From Trichinella spiralis (lineage: Eukaryota), in contig NW_003526943.1 of the NCBI RefSeq assembly GCF_000181795.1, positions 2,303,666 through 2,367,665 of the forward strand: DNA of 64,000 bases, read 5' to 3'. This document shows, piece by piece, positions 37,951 to 52,044 of this stretch. The position numbers and the translations under genes were made by a program. The notes under the pieces are model-generated. The model was not told the DNA's origin. It made no database searches and saw nothing but the letters and a program-made list of their open reading frames with translations. Positions within the stretch are counted from its first letter, which is position 1. Each line of letters starts with the position of its first letter.

Positions 37951-40131
37951 TTAGAAGGGAAGGAATGATATGTATTACGATGTCATGCGATCATAAACTT
38001 ATTCAAAAGAACACTCAGGAACATATTACAGTAGCACTAGGAGTTAATGCCAAGTAGGTATGCGTAGCTTGTGGGTGCGTAGTGCGTTGTGTACGTCATA
38101 TATCCTGTTACTGCGTTGTCATGACAAATAAAGTCTCTGCACGCATTAATCAGTACTCATACGCAACTTAAAAGATTCCTCTCTGAGTGTTTTAGGTGCT
38201 ATATTTTTATGATGATAAACTCATATATATTTGGATTGTATATGAATACGTGTGTGTGTGTAGCAGAATTTATCTAATTTTTTAAAAAAATTCCTGCGCA
38301 TTCAGGCAACAAAATCTTCTCATTTAAAAATTCCTAATACTAGTCTGCAAGCTTATATACATGTTGGAAGATAATTAGGCTATTAAATATAATTATTAAA
38401 AAATTTAAATTGAAAGCATATCCAATGTAAAAAAATTTTGCACTTAATCAATTTTCATTAACAGTTGAACTTGATAAAGTGAAATTCTTACATTTTTACA
38501 TAGGTCTGAAAATATCAAAAAATTTTCAGTAAATGTCAAGTCAAAATTTTTCCAATAAAATGTTTTGATGAATAAAATATTGATTATTGCAGCCATATTA
38601 GCCATTAATTAATTACAATTATGTATGCCATCCAAGCAAAAATGTAATCATGAACAACAGTTCTTTATAATTTCGAGTGTGAACAATCTATCCGCAGCCT
38701 AACCCATCATACATGCGTATTTATATTTATAACCTAATGTGCAGCATCTAATCAGTCAGTTTATATAGTCTGTGAAGAATTAGGCTTTTTAAAATTTTTC
38801 AAATCCTGCATCATCTGTCTCACATAAAATCTTTAAACGTTTAATAATGTTAAAACAATTTAATAAATAATAATAAAATTCAGTGATATTAATTTTTATT
38901 TATCAGTTCATTAATTTATTTTCAGTAAAATGTCAATTTAGTTAATCATTGCTGCTATATTCTTGTATATCTGGTCATATCTTGTATAAGCAGCATCCCA
39001 TAACCTATGATTTCAGTTGACATTTCTCTACTGTTTATTTACATTTGACTATGTACGCACAACATTTCTTTTGTATTTGCTTACAGTAACTAAAATAATT
39101 TTGAAGTTCTTAGAATTCCTAATTTGTAAATAAAATTTGCAAAACATTTTCAACAAAATGTTTGCATTTTGTTAACATTAGTATATTCACAATGAATTTT
39201 AATTAAAGCTAACGATGTGCTAAAAATATCTTAACTGTTCATATGTATTTGCTTTTGAAAATGTATTAAAATATCATGAAAAATGCAGATTTTTAGAGCT
39301 TTTTCTAGATTGAAGCTGTATTTGTTGTTTTGGAAGATAAAGTAAAAGGTCTATTTCTTAAAGAAATTAAGTATTGGTGCAAATGTAAAATATATAAAAA
39401 TGTATCTCTTGAATAATGGCTTATTATTTATAATACAATATAAATATTAAAATGTTTCAAAAATCAAATACAATTCATTATTTCTCACAAATAGCCTTCT
39501 GCATTTTTTAAATGAAAAAGTAAAAAGCATCAATTAAATTTTTATATTAGCAACTAATGTTTCGTAAAAGTGAGTTATTTGATCTGGCATAATAAATTAG
39601 GTAGCATTACTGTTAAAACTATTCTATTCATTTTAACTGCTAAAAGATGGAAGTTAATCCACAGTTGACAAATTACATAAAACATATATATATATATATA
39701 TACATATATATAATTAATTGACTGTATATTTAGTTTACTTAAGGTATAAAAATAAAATATCAAAGAACTGTAATTGAATAGGACATTCTGTATTTTTCAG
39801 TTATAATGGTGCAATTCATGGTATTTGTACATTAATTGTAAAAAGCATAAAATGATGCGTTATAATGATTTGTAAATCTCTTTGCGAATGCTATCATCTA
39901 AAGCTTTTCATAGAGAATAAATACAACTGCTACTACTACTACTACTAGGTTAAATTAACTGTTCAAATTTTTAAGCAAATAAATTAAATGTGAAGTAATT
40001 GTGATTAAAGTAAAACAATAAGCACGTAAGCAAACATATTCAAGCATATATATATGATTTTGTAAGTTGGGTGTCTCTCTTTCTTGCATATTTTTCTGAC
40101 CATACATTTTTCTTGTAAATTTCAAAGAAAC

Positions 40132-41690
40132 ATGCACATGCGGTTCTTCATATATTTTGTATTTTTGAGTTCAGTCCTACAACCTGTAAGTACATTACTT
40201 TTAAAAGCAATGATTACATTCTAAATCATTTTAGTATTGCAAAGTCAAGTACACATTAATATATATGAACCACCTAAGTATTCTTAAAAATAAATTGCTG
40301 CTTATTAAATAGTTTTTGCACTGCAAAAATATTTATTCAATTATATATTATTTATAAGTTGGCATTTTCTTATGTTGCATGTTCATAAGAGGAATTTTAA
40401 ATCCATGATGATGCTAAATGATTCACTGTTTTATTATTAACGAATTAATTATTATTAAAAATTTCAAAAAATATGAGGTAATACGGAAATCAAAAATGTT
40501 TTACGTCTAAAATAACAGTTAATAAAAAGTTTTTTTGAGACATTTTCTGCTGACTGTGGCATTCACGCTACTACAAAAAGTTTATACGTGCATTTGGTAG
40601 TGATTGCTGCTGAACGAAATCCTGATGAAAAACAATGCTTAGGAACAATAGTTCATTTACAACACAATGATACATATTCAGACACCATTCTCACTTCTAA
40701 ATCATGTTTAAAATCAAAGTGAGTTGAAAATAAGAAAAAAGGTTTTACAACTTACATTATTTAGAGATTTAAAAAGTACAGTGGTTGTTACTGCGTTGGA
40801 CTTTTATAAAACAGACATCTTAAAAAGCATTCGTGTTGTACGATCAATTTTCCCCAAAACGTTGGGTCATTTGGCGTCGAAAATACATCCAAGCGTCAGT
40901 TCACCTGCCAGTATAAATAGAAATTACGCGCTTTTAAAACTGAAAAAACCAATCGTGTATGACAATGCAAAACATTCCGTTTGCTTACCTCAAGAAAGTG
41001 AGATAACTTTTCCCATAAGCAGAAAATGTTATCTGCCAAAAGTTTATAAAAATGGAAGACTCGGAAACCCCATGAAAGTAGCTGTGCATAGTAAATATAT
41101 GGTAGCTAACTACTCCAGTGAAACTTATCGAGAAATGGATTTGATTGTTGAAACTAAATCTATTTTCAACAGTCGTAAACGAATTCACGAAGTATGTATA
41201 TGATGAAAGACTATCATCTACTGAAAATGCATTTATTTATATGATAACAGTGGTACTCACTGCTTATAAAAATATTTAAGAACTAAGTTTATTTATTTAG
41301 GTTGAACAATTTTCTTATTTATTTACTTTTTGTTATTTTATTTATGAATGTAGAAAACAGCTTTATAAAAATTAATACAATCAATGTCAAAAAATCATTT
41401 CTTAAATTTACAGTAATTATAAAGTTTTACATTTTACTACTTATTTTCAGGATGAATTCATAGTAATGGGTATGCCTATCTTATGTATAGACGCTGAAAA
41501 ATATTTTAAAGTACATAAATATTTTCAATATGGCATTTTTGATCAGCAGAGAACAATCCTGCAGCGTGATTCATCCAAATTGATATATGTATTTACTTCA
41601 CTTTTCAATGCAATAAATCACATTATGTTTGTTGTATCCACAAAAGAATTCCATCATGGGTATCCGGGAGTTGAAACTGAAACACCATGA
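40132..41690 (+). CDS. Secreted trypsin-fold (S1) protease homologue, predicted inactive. Exons 40132-40185, 40540-40718, 40765-41191, 41451-41690
   Basis: Signal peptide MHMRFFIYFVFLSSVLQPTFS-ADCG; QCLGTIV...ILTSKSC; NYALLKLKKPIVY...VCLP; MGMPILC; YFQYGIF. Exon phases are consistent; the first acceptor would be an unusual GAG. Confidence 0.72.
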
Positions 41691-41878
41691 GTATTTTCCC
41701 ATAATTCTCAAATTTACTAATGTTTTTTAAAACTGCATTATCATTATATTGTTAAGCTGTTACTGTGCATGATGAAATAAAAATCAAATGAAAATACTGC
41801 TATAATATTAATTATCTGTTAAAATAAAAAGAAGCGACGTTCAAGTTTTTACATCTATATGACATAGCAAAATAACAA

Positions 41879-42158
41879 TGTTGAGAAATCCCTCCGTTTG
41901 AGCCTGAAAATCCCTATCTGCTACCGTACCCGACGGTTGGTGTTGTGGTGACGTAATCGGCGTGTGCGAGGCGAGTGTGAACGCGAGTGAAAAACGTGAC
42001 CTTGTGTGCGTGTTGGCGTGTAATTGTTTTTGTGTGATTCTTCCTGAGTAAATCTTAGTTTCCGTGTGTTGTTGTTCCCGAACTGTAACTAACGCTCATA
42101 AGCCTGAGAGAGGGCCGTTGCTGAAATTCAACTGTTCCGAGTACAGTTGGATAGAACA
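41879..42158 (+). mobile_element. Solo LTR (280 bp; orientation inferred)
   Basis: Termini TGTT...AACA; perfect 5-bp TSD AACAA (41874-41878 and 42159-42163); GC-richer than the flanks. Confidence 0.85.
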
Positions 42159-43049
42159 AACAATTTATAAGAAAATTTTTCTAGCAAAAAATTTAATTTG
42201 TTTAACTATTTTAAATTTTGATATAAAAGTTATTATTTTAACATTAAAAAAAATACAAGAATATAATATTAAATTCTAATAAAGTAATTAACTTACAGTT
42301 GTAAGTGTTAAATTTTTAAATCTTATATTTAAAAGCAAATTTAAACCACAAGTCAGAAGTATGCCATTTAAAAATGCTGCAGTAACTTTCCTGAAAATCA
42401 TTTAAAAAAGAAAGTACACGAACGGTTAAAATAAGTAAAAAATAACTTTGAAAAAGACGTCATGATGATTTTTTAGAAATTTTAAGATTAACTTCACAAA
42501 TAAATATTACAGTTAAAAGGCATCATGAAAAAAATCTGCATTTGATGCTTCTAAGGCGTGTATGCTAAAAGTAATAGTAATTTTTTAATATAAGATATTT
42601 TTTAACATACGAACTTCAATGATAAAGTAAAATATGAAAAAAAGCATTCAATATAAAATGCAGCTCTGTATTAATTGAAAATTTCAGTATAGAGGGCAGA
42701 AAAAATGCATTGCTAAGAAATTACAATTTCAATATGCAATTTATATGCTCCTTTAAGCACTTTAGCTTTTGCATTATCCGAAAATAATTATTAAAAAATT
42801 TTGCTGGCAAAAAGCTTGAAATTCAAAATATCTACAGTTGCCTATCTCCAGTTCAGCTTCTGGTGTGGAAAGGCGACAGAGAAACAACTGCGCCATCTGT
42901 TGGCATGAATCGACAAGCCAATCAGAGTTGAATCACCGTAATGTTTGTGAGCGCATTGGCAGAAGTTAAATCTTTGCTTTGGTGCCATCGTCCGTTTGGC
43001 AAAATCCGAATAACTCAGCTTAGCATTTCATGTTGGTGGTTTTTCTACA

Positions 43050-44297
43050 ATGGAAACGGTAATGAAATCAGAGCCGATGGAAAAGTACGACGTTATTAGC
43101 GATTATGGTAACATGTTGTTGAGTCCGGTGTCGAACCTGCAAATACCATCCGACCTGCTGAATAAAAGAGATTCTTTCACTTTGTGCCGTTCGATTCCAA
43201 GCTGGACGTTCGACAATGGCAGTGATCACAAATTGACCGGTCGGACAGTGTTGACCAATTTGGAACCGTCTAATCGACACAGATGCTTGAACGTTAAGCG
43301 AGCTCGTCTTGACATCGATGGTCGCCATCATTTTATGATTGGTGATTCTGTGCAACAGGAATCACAACACCAAGAACAGAAGCAACAACAGGGTCGAGAA
43401 GAACAAAAGCATAAACAAGAGCAGGAACAAGCACAAGAACAAGAACAGCAACAACGGCAGCAGACGAATTCCAGAACGACAAAGTCGAAGAAAAAAGTAC
43501 TGAGTCCAGAGGAGCTTCAAAATCAACGAGTACTGGCAAATATACGTGAACGTCAACGCACTCAGTCGTTGAACGAAGCTTTTGCCATGCTGCGGAAAAT
43601 CATCCCAACTTTGCCGTCTGACAAGCTCAGCAAAATACAGACGTTGCGTCTGGCCGCGCATTACATCGACTTTTTGTGGAAAGTAAGCCCTGTGATGCTT
43701 CTTATTTCATATTTTCCTTGATGTACAGAAAAACAACATTTAATTAAAAAAAAATTTTATTTCGCTGTTGCTGTTGTTTTGTGTAGTTGACAGCATAGCA
43801 TAGCAGAAGGTTCTTCATTATATTTTTTTTGAGTTGACTTTTTGCTTTTTTGCTTTTTTCAAATCCAATAAATCATTGTCTTCACGCATTCAGGCTGGAC
43901 TGAGCTAGTTGTGTTGATGTTGAAATTGCTGCAGTTTTTTTAAATCTGAACGTACGCAGACTATTTTCAAAAGATATTTTCCCTTTTTGTTTATTAAAAT
44001 GAAAATATTTAATTTTGTATATTATAGGTCCTTCAAAATGAAACGTCTGAAAGTTATCGTGTCGTGCCGACGACCAGTATAGATCAAGTAAAAACGCACG
44101 AAAGATTGGGATATGCTTTTTCAGCATGGCGTATGGAAAATGCGAACGGTGGTTCATATTGGAATGGTTCAAATTCGGTGGAAAATTTTTGCTCACCGTC
44201 AACAGTGCCGAGCCAGCGCCCATACGAAGACGGAAATCAAGAAGCAGTCGGTTCAGTTTCTTTGTCGTTTCCTTCTGCATACAGCAACACGTTTTAA
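43050..44297 (+). CDS. twist: Twist bHLH transcription factor (hlh-8 orthologue); exons 43050-43682 and 44028-44297
   Basis: [51 protein letters not shown] plus the WR motif [14 protein letters not shown]. Confidence 0.96.
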
Positions 44298-47200
44298 ATT
44301 CTCTATCTGCATATATAATAATATTTCACAATTGATTTCTAAGGTGTTTTTTTCTTTAATAAGTTTTTTATTATTTCAAATGATATTATTGTTTCGTGGA
44401 ATTTTATTTTGGTTTGCCTAGCATTTCCACTTTTTCAAATAATATGCAGTTAGTTATTCTCTTTTAACATTGATATCATGCTAAACTTTTCAACTGTTCA
44501 ACATCGGCTTGTTTTTGTTAAGCATGAAAAAATACATTGCTAACTATGTGAAGCGATCTGATGATCGATTAAATTGGGCGTTTTTGAATGTTGTTGTGCT
44601 AAGCTATTGTTATCGTTAGTAAATTTAACGAAAGATAAATTTTGTTTGAAAACAGTTTTCGTAAACATATACATAAATGTATGTATATGCATGCAAAAAG
44701 ATAGATATCTATCTTTTCCGCTTTTAGCTTATCATGAAAAACTAGTCGTAGAATGGAAACTTGTTGAATATATCAAATTGTGAAAGTGCCTTGCAATTTG
44801 GCATTTTAACATCAAATGATAGCGCTGCAAAAATGATTGATACAGGTTGCTCTAAATCTTGCTTAAAGAGGAAAATTTTGAAAACGGTTTTCAACATTAT
44901 TTACATTAAAAAGGATTTACGACAATCATTGTCAGTCAGTTGTTGGCCATATATCAATGTTAACCGATTTTCAATGTTATTGTCTTGGCAAATTTAAGAA
45001 TAAATTCCTTAAATCAAAACGTACAATATTGTAGCATGCTTACATTGAAAAAAATTTCGCAACTAATTTATCAAGGTGATAATACTTCCCGATGAACGTT
45101 GACATTTGGAATTGGTAAAATTTTTCTAAAATCGTAATGAATCAATTGTTCTTGCTTAATACACTTTTTACCTGTCATAATAAGGATAAGGAAGTGTAAG
45201 AATAAAGGAAATTTGTTGTTGGGAAATGAACATATACTCGTGAAAGAAATTAATATTTTCTAATATTATTAAGGAGCAAAGAAAGGAAGTCAACAATTGG
45301 GAAATGAGCAATTATTTCTGATGTTTTCTGAAAATGCTAACAGAGAAGAAATTTTGAAAATTCCATTATCGCCGGCCGATTTGCACTGCCCGAGTTGTAA
45401 TTCTTTTTCAGCAAAGAGGCACAAACGTGGTCATTTGGAAGGGCAAAGACTTTTAAGCTTTGTTTAGAATCAGAATATACAAGGCAAAGCAAATGTCCAA
45501 ACTGACCGCTTACAAATTCAATTATTCATTCAAAACTATTTGAAATCGACATTTTATCCAACAGTGAAAAATTTTCTGACAGGTACAGCACCTCTTGAAC
45601 AGGAAAAGCTGTAAAGTGCCAACTTCAACAGTTGTTGAAATTGATAAGAAATATTTTTGAAGTTTTATTTATGTTTTTATTATTTTCCACAACAGCAGAT
45701 CAGATTTGTTATTTTTATTGATGCAAGCCGGTAAAATCATAGTAAATTTTTAAGCGAAAAATTTGACTGCTGAAAGCTTGAAGTTTTTATATTGCTTAAC
45801 CCAAGTCAGACGGCGGAGAATATGACTAGCTGTTCCACTTCCTCTTCACCACTCCCATCGTTCTTTTCCATTTCATTCTGACAAGAAGCACTTAATCATA
45901 TCTCCTGAAAACGATGCCAAGCTGTCTCCGGGCTACTTAGCAACCAAGCTAATTGACAATCTCCGCTTTCATTAAATCACATGCAATCACCGGGAGGCTA
46001 AAAATAGTTGTTAGATTTTTTTTTCTTCTCCTCTAGTAGAATTTATTTTCAAAAATGTTGGAAAACTCCAACTGTATTGCAATATACAAATGTTGATCAA
46101 TGCTGCTGATGTTTGAGCAATCTTTAAAGCAATATAATTATGCTTTGCAAGAATTTTTCTTGTTTTTTTTTGTACAAAAACGAACGATAAAATTAGCAGT
46201 TTATTCTTAAAATATTGCTTTACAGTAGAATTTGTGAAGCATAAAAAAACAACAGGAAAATTATTTTCATTAGTGACATTTTAATAAAATGTTATTTAAT
46301 ATGCTGTTTTTTGGTATATTTTTCAAAGAATTTACGTGTTTCGTTATTTGAAACAGGATTAAAAAATTAGTATCCTCTTTTTACAGTCAATAGTGTAAAT
46401 GTTGAAAATGATTCTATTTTTGCAATTCTCCATTGTTAATGTATTTCTGTAAAGCAACAATATCACATATATTTACAAAAGTTTAGTTTAAATATGATGA
46501 AATCTTCAATTATTGTTACAAAAGTATATATACATATTGAAATGTATGAATATATTAAAATGTTTCATCACAAGTTGCAGTGCTTTTTGATAATTTATTT
46601 AGTAAAATTTTTTCATAGAAGTGAATTTTTTTAATTGATTGAAATTTTTGATTAAATTGCACCAAAAAATTACATTCTTAACTGATGTTATCTTTTATCT
46701 AGTGCAATCTACAGAAACAACCAAAATTGCGCTGCTTTGAAAAGCTTTCAAATGCATACATTATCTGATAAAATGGTAATATTGTTTTTATGCAATGGAT
46801 GTTTTTCTATTTTTCTTCAAAAAATCTCTTTATCATGTTACACGGCATTCTGCTTATATTTTTCAGCACTGTGCAGTATTAAAATTGCAACTTTGAATGA
46901 ATATTATTAAAATATTTGAATAGAAATATTAGCACAATTTTGTAAACATATGTTGAAGAGCACAGGAAAGAAAATTAAACCAATTTCATTATACGATTAT
47001 TCATTTTTAAGTATTTATAAGAAAAAAAATTAAAGGCTGATAAAGTTTCAATTGAAATTTTTTTCAATGCTCAATAAAAAGCAGCAATTGGTAAAAAGAG
47101 TAAGAGATAGGTTGAATTGTAAATGAAATGCGTCAGTGAATAAGCATTGTTTCAAATTCGACTCCTACTTTTTTTTCTCCCCTCCTCGAAAATGCTTTCT

Positions 47201-47929
47201 TCATTTGCAAGACACAGGGAATAATTTCGACGCGCATTTTGACGTCATTCCAAATTAATGGTCCATCGTGAGCAAAAATGTTCGCTAATGTGTTGCGCGG
47301 TGGAAACAAACCAATCAGAGCTTGCATTCTTTGCATATAGAATTTCTCACTGATGAAAAACATTTTCATTCCAACAATTACGATAATGCAAACAGAAGCA
47401 ATTAAGCACTTTGACAATCTGAAGCTACTTCTGTCTTGAAATTCCACAAACAAAAACAACAGATTACACCTTTCTCCTTTGAAAATATATGAAAAACTCT
47501 GAAAACTGCCAACTGGGTGTCAGTTTCGAGAAACATTCAATCAATTAGAGAATAAAATGCTCAACGTTTTTTGATTTCACAAAATCAAGCAAATCAGTGC
47601 TGCTTATTTTTCATGAAAATCAAAATATTCAAAAACCCCCTGACTACCCAATAAACAACGCACTGCAAAACAGAAACTATAAAGAAAAATTGCATGGAAA
47701 TTTGTTCTCATACAATTTCCATAATTCTTCTATTCATCTCATTTAAAGCACTGCCCTTACTGAAGTTAAGGTAACTTCGAAATGGAATATTTTAAACAAA
47801 TCTCTCAACAATTATTATCCGTATACTTAAGCAGAAGTGGTTCTCTTAAAAACTGCATGCTTTAAATAGCATGATGCTGACGTGCCATCGGTAATTTTAT
47901 TATAAACTATAATTACGTTTTTTCTGTAA

Positions 47930-50900
47930 TCAGTTTGATATTACATTCAAATTATAAATTCGAAGTGAATGATCAAAAGAACAAGAAGCCAACTGTGTAG
48001 TTAATTCACCGTTTTCATCTTCTTCGATCAATGGACTGAATTTCAACCTCGACACCGTAGATGAATGAGACAAACTAAACAAAAGAATATAAACTTTCAA
48101 CGTAAAATTAACAAAAATATGACAATTTACTTAAACTGTGCCATGTTAAAAATAAACCGATGTTCTCCACTTTTTCTGTTCCATTCAATGCCATAAATGT
48201 TACCATTGTTGAGACCAGCAACCACTATTAAGCTAAAGCAATGGTCAAATTAAAAGTTAGACAAATAATTAAAAAATCCCCCTCTCCCTCTCCATATGCA
48301 TTTGTATACTTTGAAACTGAATTACCGATTTTCAAACTCTTTTGAAAAAATATCAACGGCCGTCACGGAATCTTCCAAAACAATCATATGGTGATCAATA
48401 TCAGCCGCCGATTCTTTCATATTCCACATCATCAGCTTGAATAATAAAACTTCAAATAATAAATTAATGATTCCAAATTTACCTTCTTATCCCGGGATGC
48501 AGTTACGAAACTCTTATCATCTGGTGCCCAAGCGCAGTCCCAAATAATTCGCGCATGTTCTCGTCGTTGAGCAATCAGTTGCCAATCGAACTCTGGAAAA
48601 TTGAAAATTTAAATAGCTACATTTAAATAAAAAAAATTAAAACCTCCTCCATCCGACTGTCTACTGAACAAACACCAACTTCGATCACGTGAAGCGGAAA
48701 GTATCATTTGATCATCATGTGAAAAGCAAATGCGAGTGACCGTGAGTTTATGGCCTTCCAACGAGGTTTTCAATCTCCAGTCAACTGTCGACCAAAGAAA
48801 TATTTTCGCATGAGCTTCACTTGTAGCCTATTAATAGATTCAAAACAAAAATTAACAAAAAAATATTTATTCCAGATTAATGACAAAAATTACCAAGCAT
48901 GCAGACGCAACAACAGAGCCTGCATGATTTGAAGCTACAGTATGAAGTTCAAATCCATGACCATACCTGAAATTTCATTATTTAATTTTACCTAAAGAAT
49001 AACATTCGTTACATTACAATTTGTGAACTTCAATCCAAAGCGTATTCTGTGCCAGATCTGTAGCAAGTAATGGTTCTACAAGCAGATTGTCCATTGATTG
49101 CTCACTTCAGTTGAATCGATAAAAAATTAAGAAAAAAAAACCGTACCATTTGTTACTTGTACATTAAATGTCTCATTATCATCATCAGTGATGGAAATGT
49201 TTGACAATCCAAGGGCCGGCATGATTGCGCGATCACCTGCCTAAATTATAATAACTTAAAAACCAAGCTCATCATGCAGGACAAATAAATGGAATATTAT
49301 CTTGGTTAAATTTTTCGCCAACACAGAAAAGATAATTGACATTTGATATCATGCATATGTAAAAATGAAAGCCAGAATTCTCCAACTATTTCCCTCCCCC
49401 AACAAAAAAGCTGATTACCATTAAACGATCTTCATTTTTCAAGAAACGTTCCACTTCGCAAACGGAGCTTAATAGTTCAAAAAATGAAGTCGGTGCATTG
49501 AAAACTCTCAACACCTTTTCTTCCCCACCGGAAACCAATTCGCCTCTAAAATTTTTATTTAAAAAATTAAATTTTTTAAACAAAAATATTTTAAAGAAAC
49601 ACATACCGCCTGGTTACAGAAAGACAAGCCATTTCATAGCCATGAACTTGAGCCCTGGACAATTCGTGAAATGTTGTCTAAATAATTTCCAAATTTAAAA
49701 ATTATTCTCTGAACATCATATCTAAATAAAGCATACTTTTTTTCCCTTTCGTTTCCACCATCCAAACAATCGAGTGGTTTTATCGTTTCCGCAAGAAATT
49801 ACATAGTGGCCATGTGAATCCCAATCAACATCTCTCACTCTCCTTGCATGCCCACTAGGCATAATAACTGAATACCAGTTTCCCTGATAATGTATACTTA
49901 TTATTATTATTATTATTGCAATGGAAAATTATTATCAACAACATTTGTCGGATGACATTTCCAGCAGTGTAAAGAACCATCAAAAGCGTGAGCCATTACA
50001 CTTTGGCCATCTGGACTAAACACGATGCCATAAAAGCCGGCAGCTTGTCCGCCAACTTCACCCAATACTTTCTAAATTTGCATTTTTGCAAAATAAAAAA
50101 AAGAACAAAGAAGAAATTTCACACCTCTGCACACCAACTATCCATATGCTTGTTATATTTCCAGATTACGACAGATTTGTCTACGGAGCAAGAAACCAAC
50201 TTTCTATTGTCTGAAAGAAAATATTGCAAACCTTTGAAAGTATGCAGAAACTGAAAAAAAAACATACTCCCGGGACACCATCTGACACCATATACAGCTT
50301 GCTCATGGTTAAGAAGAGTTGCATCATTAATAACGTAACATTTTTCATTTTCGTCTAAAATATATACAGTTGATAATTACTACTGTAATTACCAAAAAAA
50401 TAACGTGCTAATTTTAAAGAACAGTCTTTCTTCTGAATCATTTTCACTATGCTGTTGTGTCGTATAAAATTTCCACACTTTGACTGTTTTGTCCAATGAT
50501 CCAGTGGCAAGATAGAAAGTGCTTGAATCTGAAATAAAATATTTGTCCAAAATGGGCATTCTTATTCCTGTATACTACCTTGAACTGTGGAAAAATGAAG
50601 AGATTCAATCCAATCTTTGTGACTATTTAAAACCAAAACCGTCTTTTGAAACTACAAAATAAAACATCCTCTCAAATAAAATCTTAGATCATTTTAATTG
50701 ACACATTCACAAATCGTATCTAACCTCGCCGTCATACGGTAAAAAATGAATTCGAATCATCCAATCTGTATGACCGGTGGCGACCAATATCCCTAATAAA
50801 ACACGTAATAATTTCACGAAAATATCAGCTTTCATGTTACCTTCATTATAAGGAGTCAAATCACAACTATACAAGCTGCAAGTTTCAAATAAAGTACATG

Positions 50901-52044
50901 CACACACTTGAAAAGCTAAAACATTTCCAAAAAAAAGAAATGATCACATTATAGATAATTATAATAAATTTATAACTATTTATGAAGTATAAATTATTTG
51001 AACTAAAACTGTTTGTAAAACAGCTTACCAAAATTTTCGCTTGAGCAATCTGCTTTCCAGATTCGAAGATCGCTACTTTCAGCTTCATCGAAGCAAGCAA
51101 TAACAAAAAACAAATTACGATCAGGTAAGCACAATCCAGCAACGCGTAGAACAGGAAAGCTAATTTTTTCATCAATCAACAATTTCGGTGTTTTAGCATC
51201 ATCAACATCCAGTACACAGCAACCATTTTTGTGAAGAAGATATTTAGGAAAAATATTGTTTCCCACGATTTTCCAAACTACTAATGAACCAGAACACGAA
51301 CCACTTACGAGATAATTTTTACCTACATGCAACAATGCAAATCACTGCTCATCAGTTATTATTACTTATTATATACAAAAATTTCATTACTAATTTGATT
51401 TTGGTATATAACGTACAGTTCTATATAAATAAAACAAGAAATTTACCGTTTTTCACATATTTCACCGTATTTATACAACTTTGATCATAAGTAAAATAAT
51501 TGACGCTTTCAATACGAGCTGCTGAATCATCTGTCTGAAATAATGGACTGATTGAAATAACTCTTACAATTAATAAATTGCGCCAATCAATAAATTTAAT
51601 ATTTATTCATTTATAACTCAATATTTTGAACAAAAAAAAACAAACTGTTAAAAGTTCAACGTTGATTGATCTAAATTTACAATAAAATGCGTTTAACTAT
51701 TTCACATAAGATGCTCAAATTTTCATTATTATGTTACTTTCTGTATTAAAATTACAAAAGCAATAAAAAAATTAAGTTTTCCAAAGAAATATCAACAACA
51801 ACAGTTCATGTTTTTGAATGCAATAGTCAATCCAACAGATAATAAAAATGAATGACTTAATTTACGATGCGATAATTTATAAATAAGGTTTTCTAAGTAT
51901 GCTTAAATAAAATTTTACTTCTGGTCGCAAAAGAAAAATATTTCTTTCAGACGCAAAAGCGATAAACTCGTTATCCCAATCAGCGGCATCACTTTCACGA
52001 TCACATCCAACAGATATATCTACGCCCTTAATATGGATCTTCAT
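47930..52044 (-). CDS. ELP2: Elongator complex protein 2 (WD40), multi-exon
   Basis: [106 protein letters not shown]. Confidence 0.92.

Larger units (their letters stand above)
34290..38167 (+). mobile_element. Decayed Gypsy (Mag-like) LTR retrotransposon; 5' LTR 34290-34474, 3' LTR 37966-38167
   Basis: Both LTRs start TGATATG.ATTACGATGT and end CATTAATCAGTACTCATAC.CAA. PBS remnant ACAAGGATGGGAT at 34477-34489; PPT AGAAGGGAAGGAA at 37953-37965; gag, protease and integrase remnants inside. Confidence 0.85.

Noticed and set aside
38920..38990. TTTTCAG followed by a signal-peptide-like MSI*LIIAAIFLYIWSYL
   Set aside because: Stop at codon 4 and no downstream exons identified; too weak to call a pseudogene
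44300..47900. Possible gene between twist and ELP2, including ORF 47133-47459
   Set aside because: No motif or splice chain; more likely UTR and regulatory DNA
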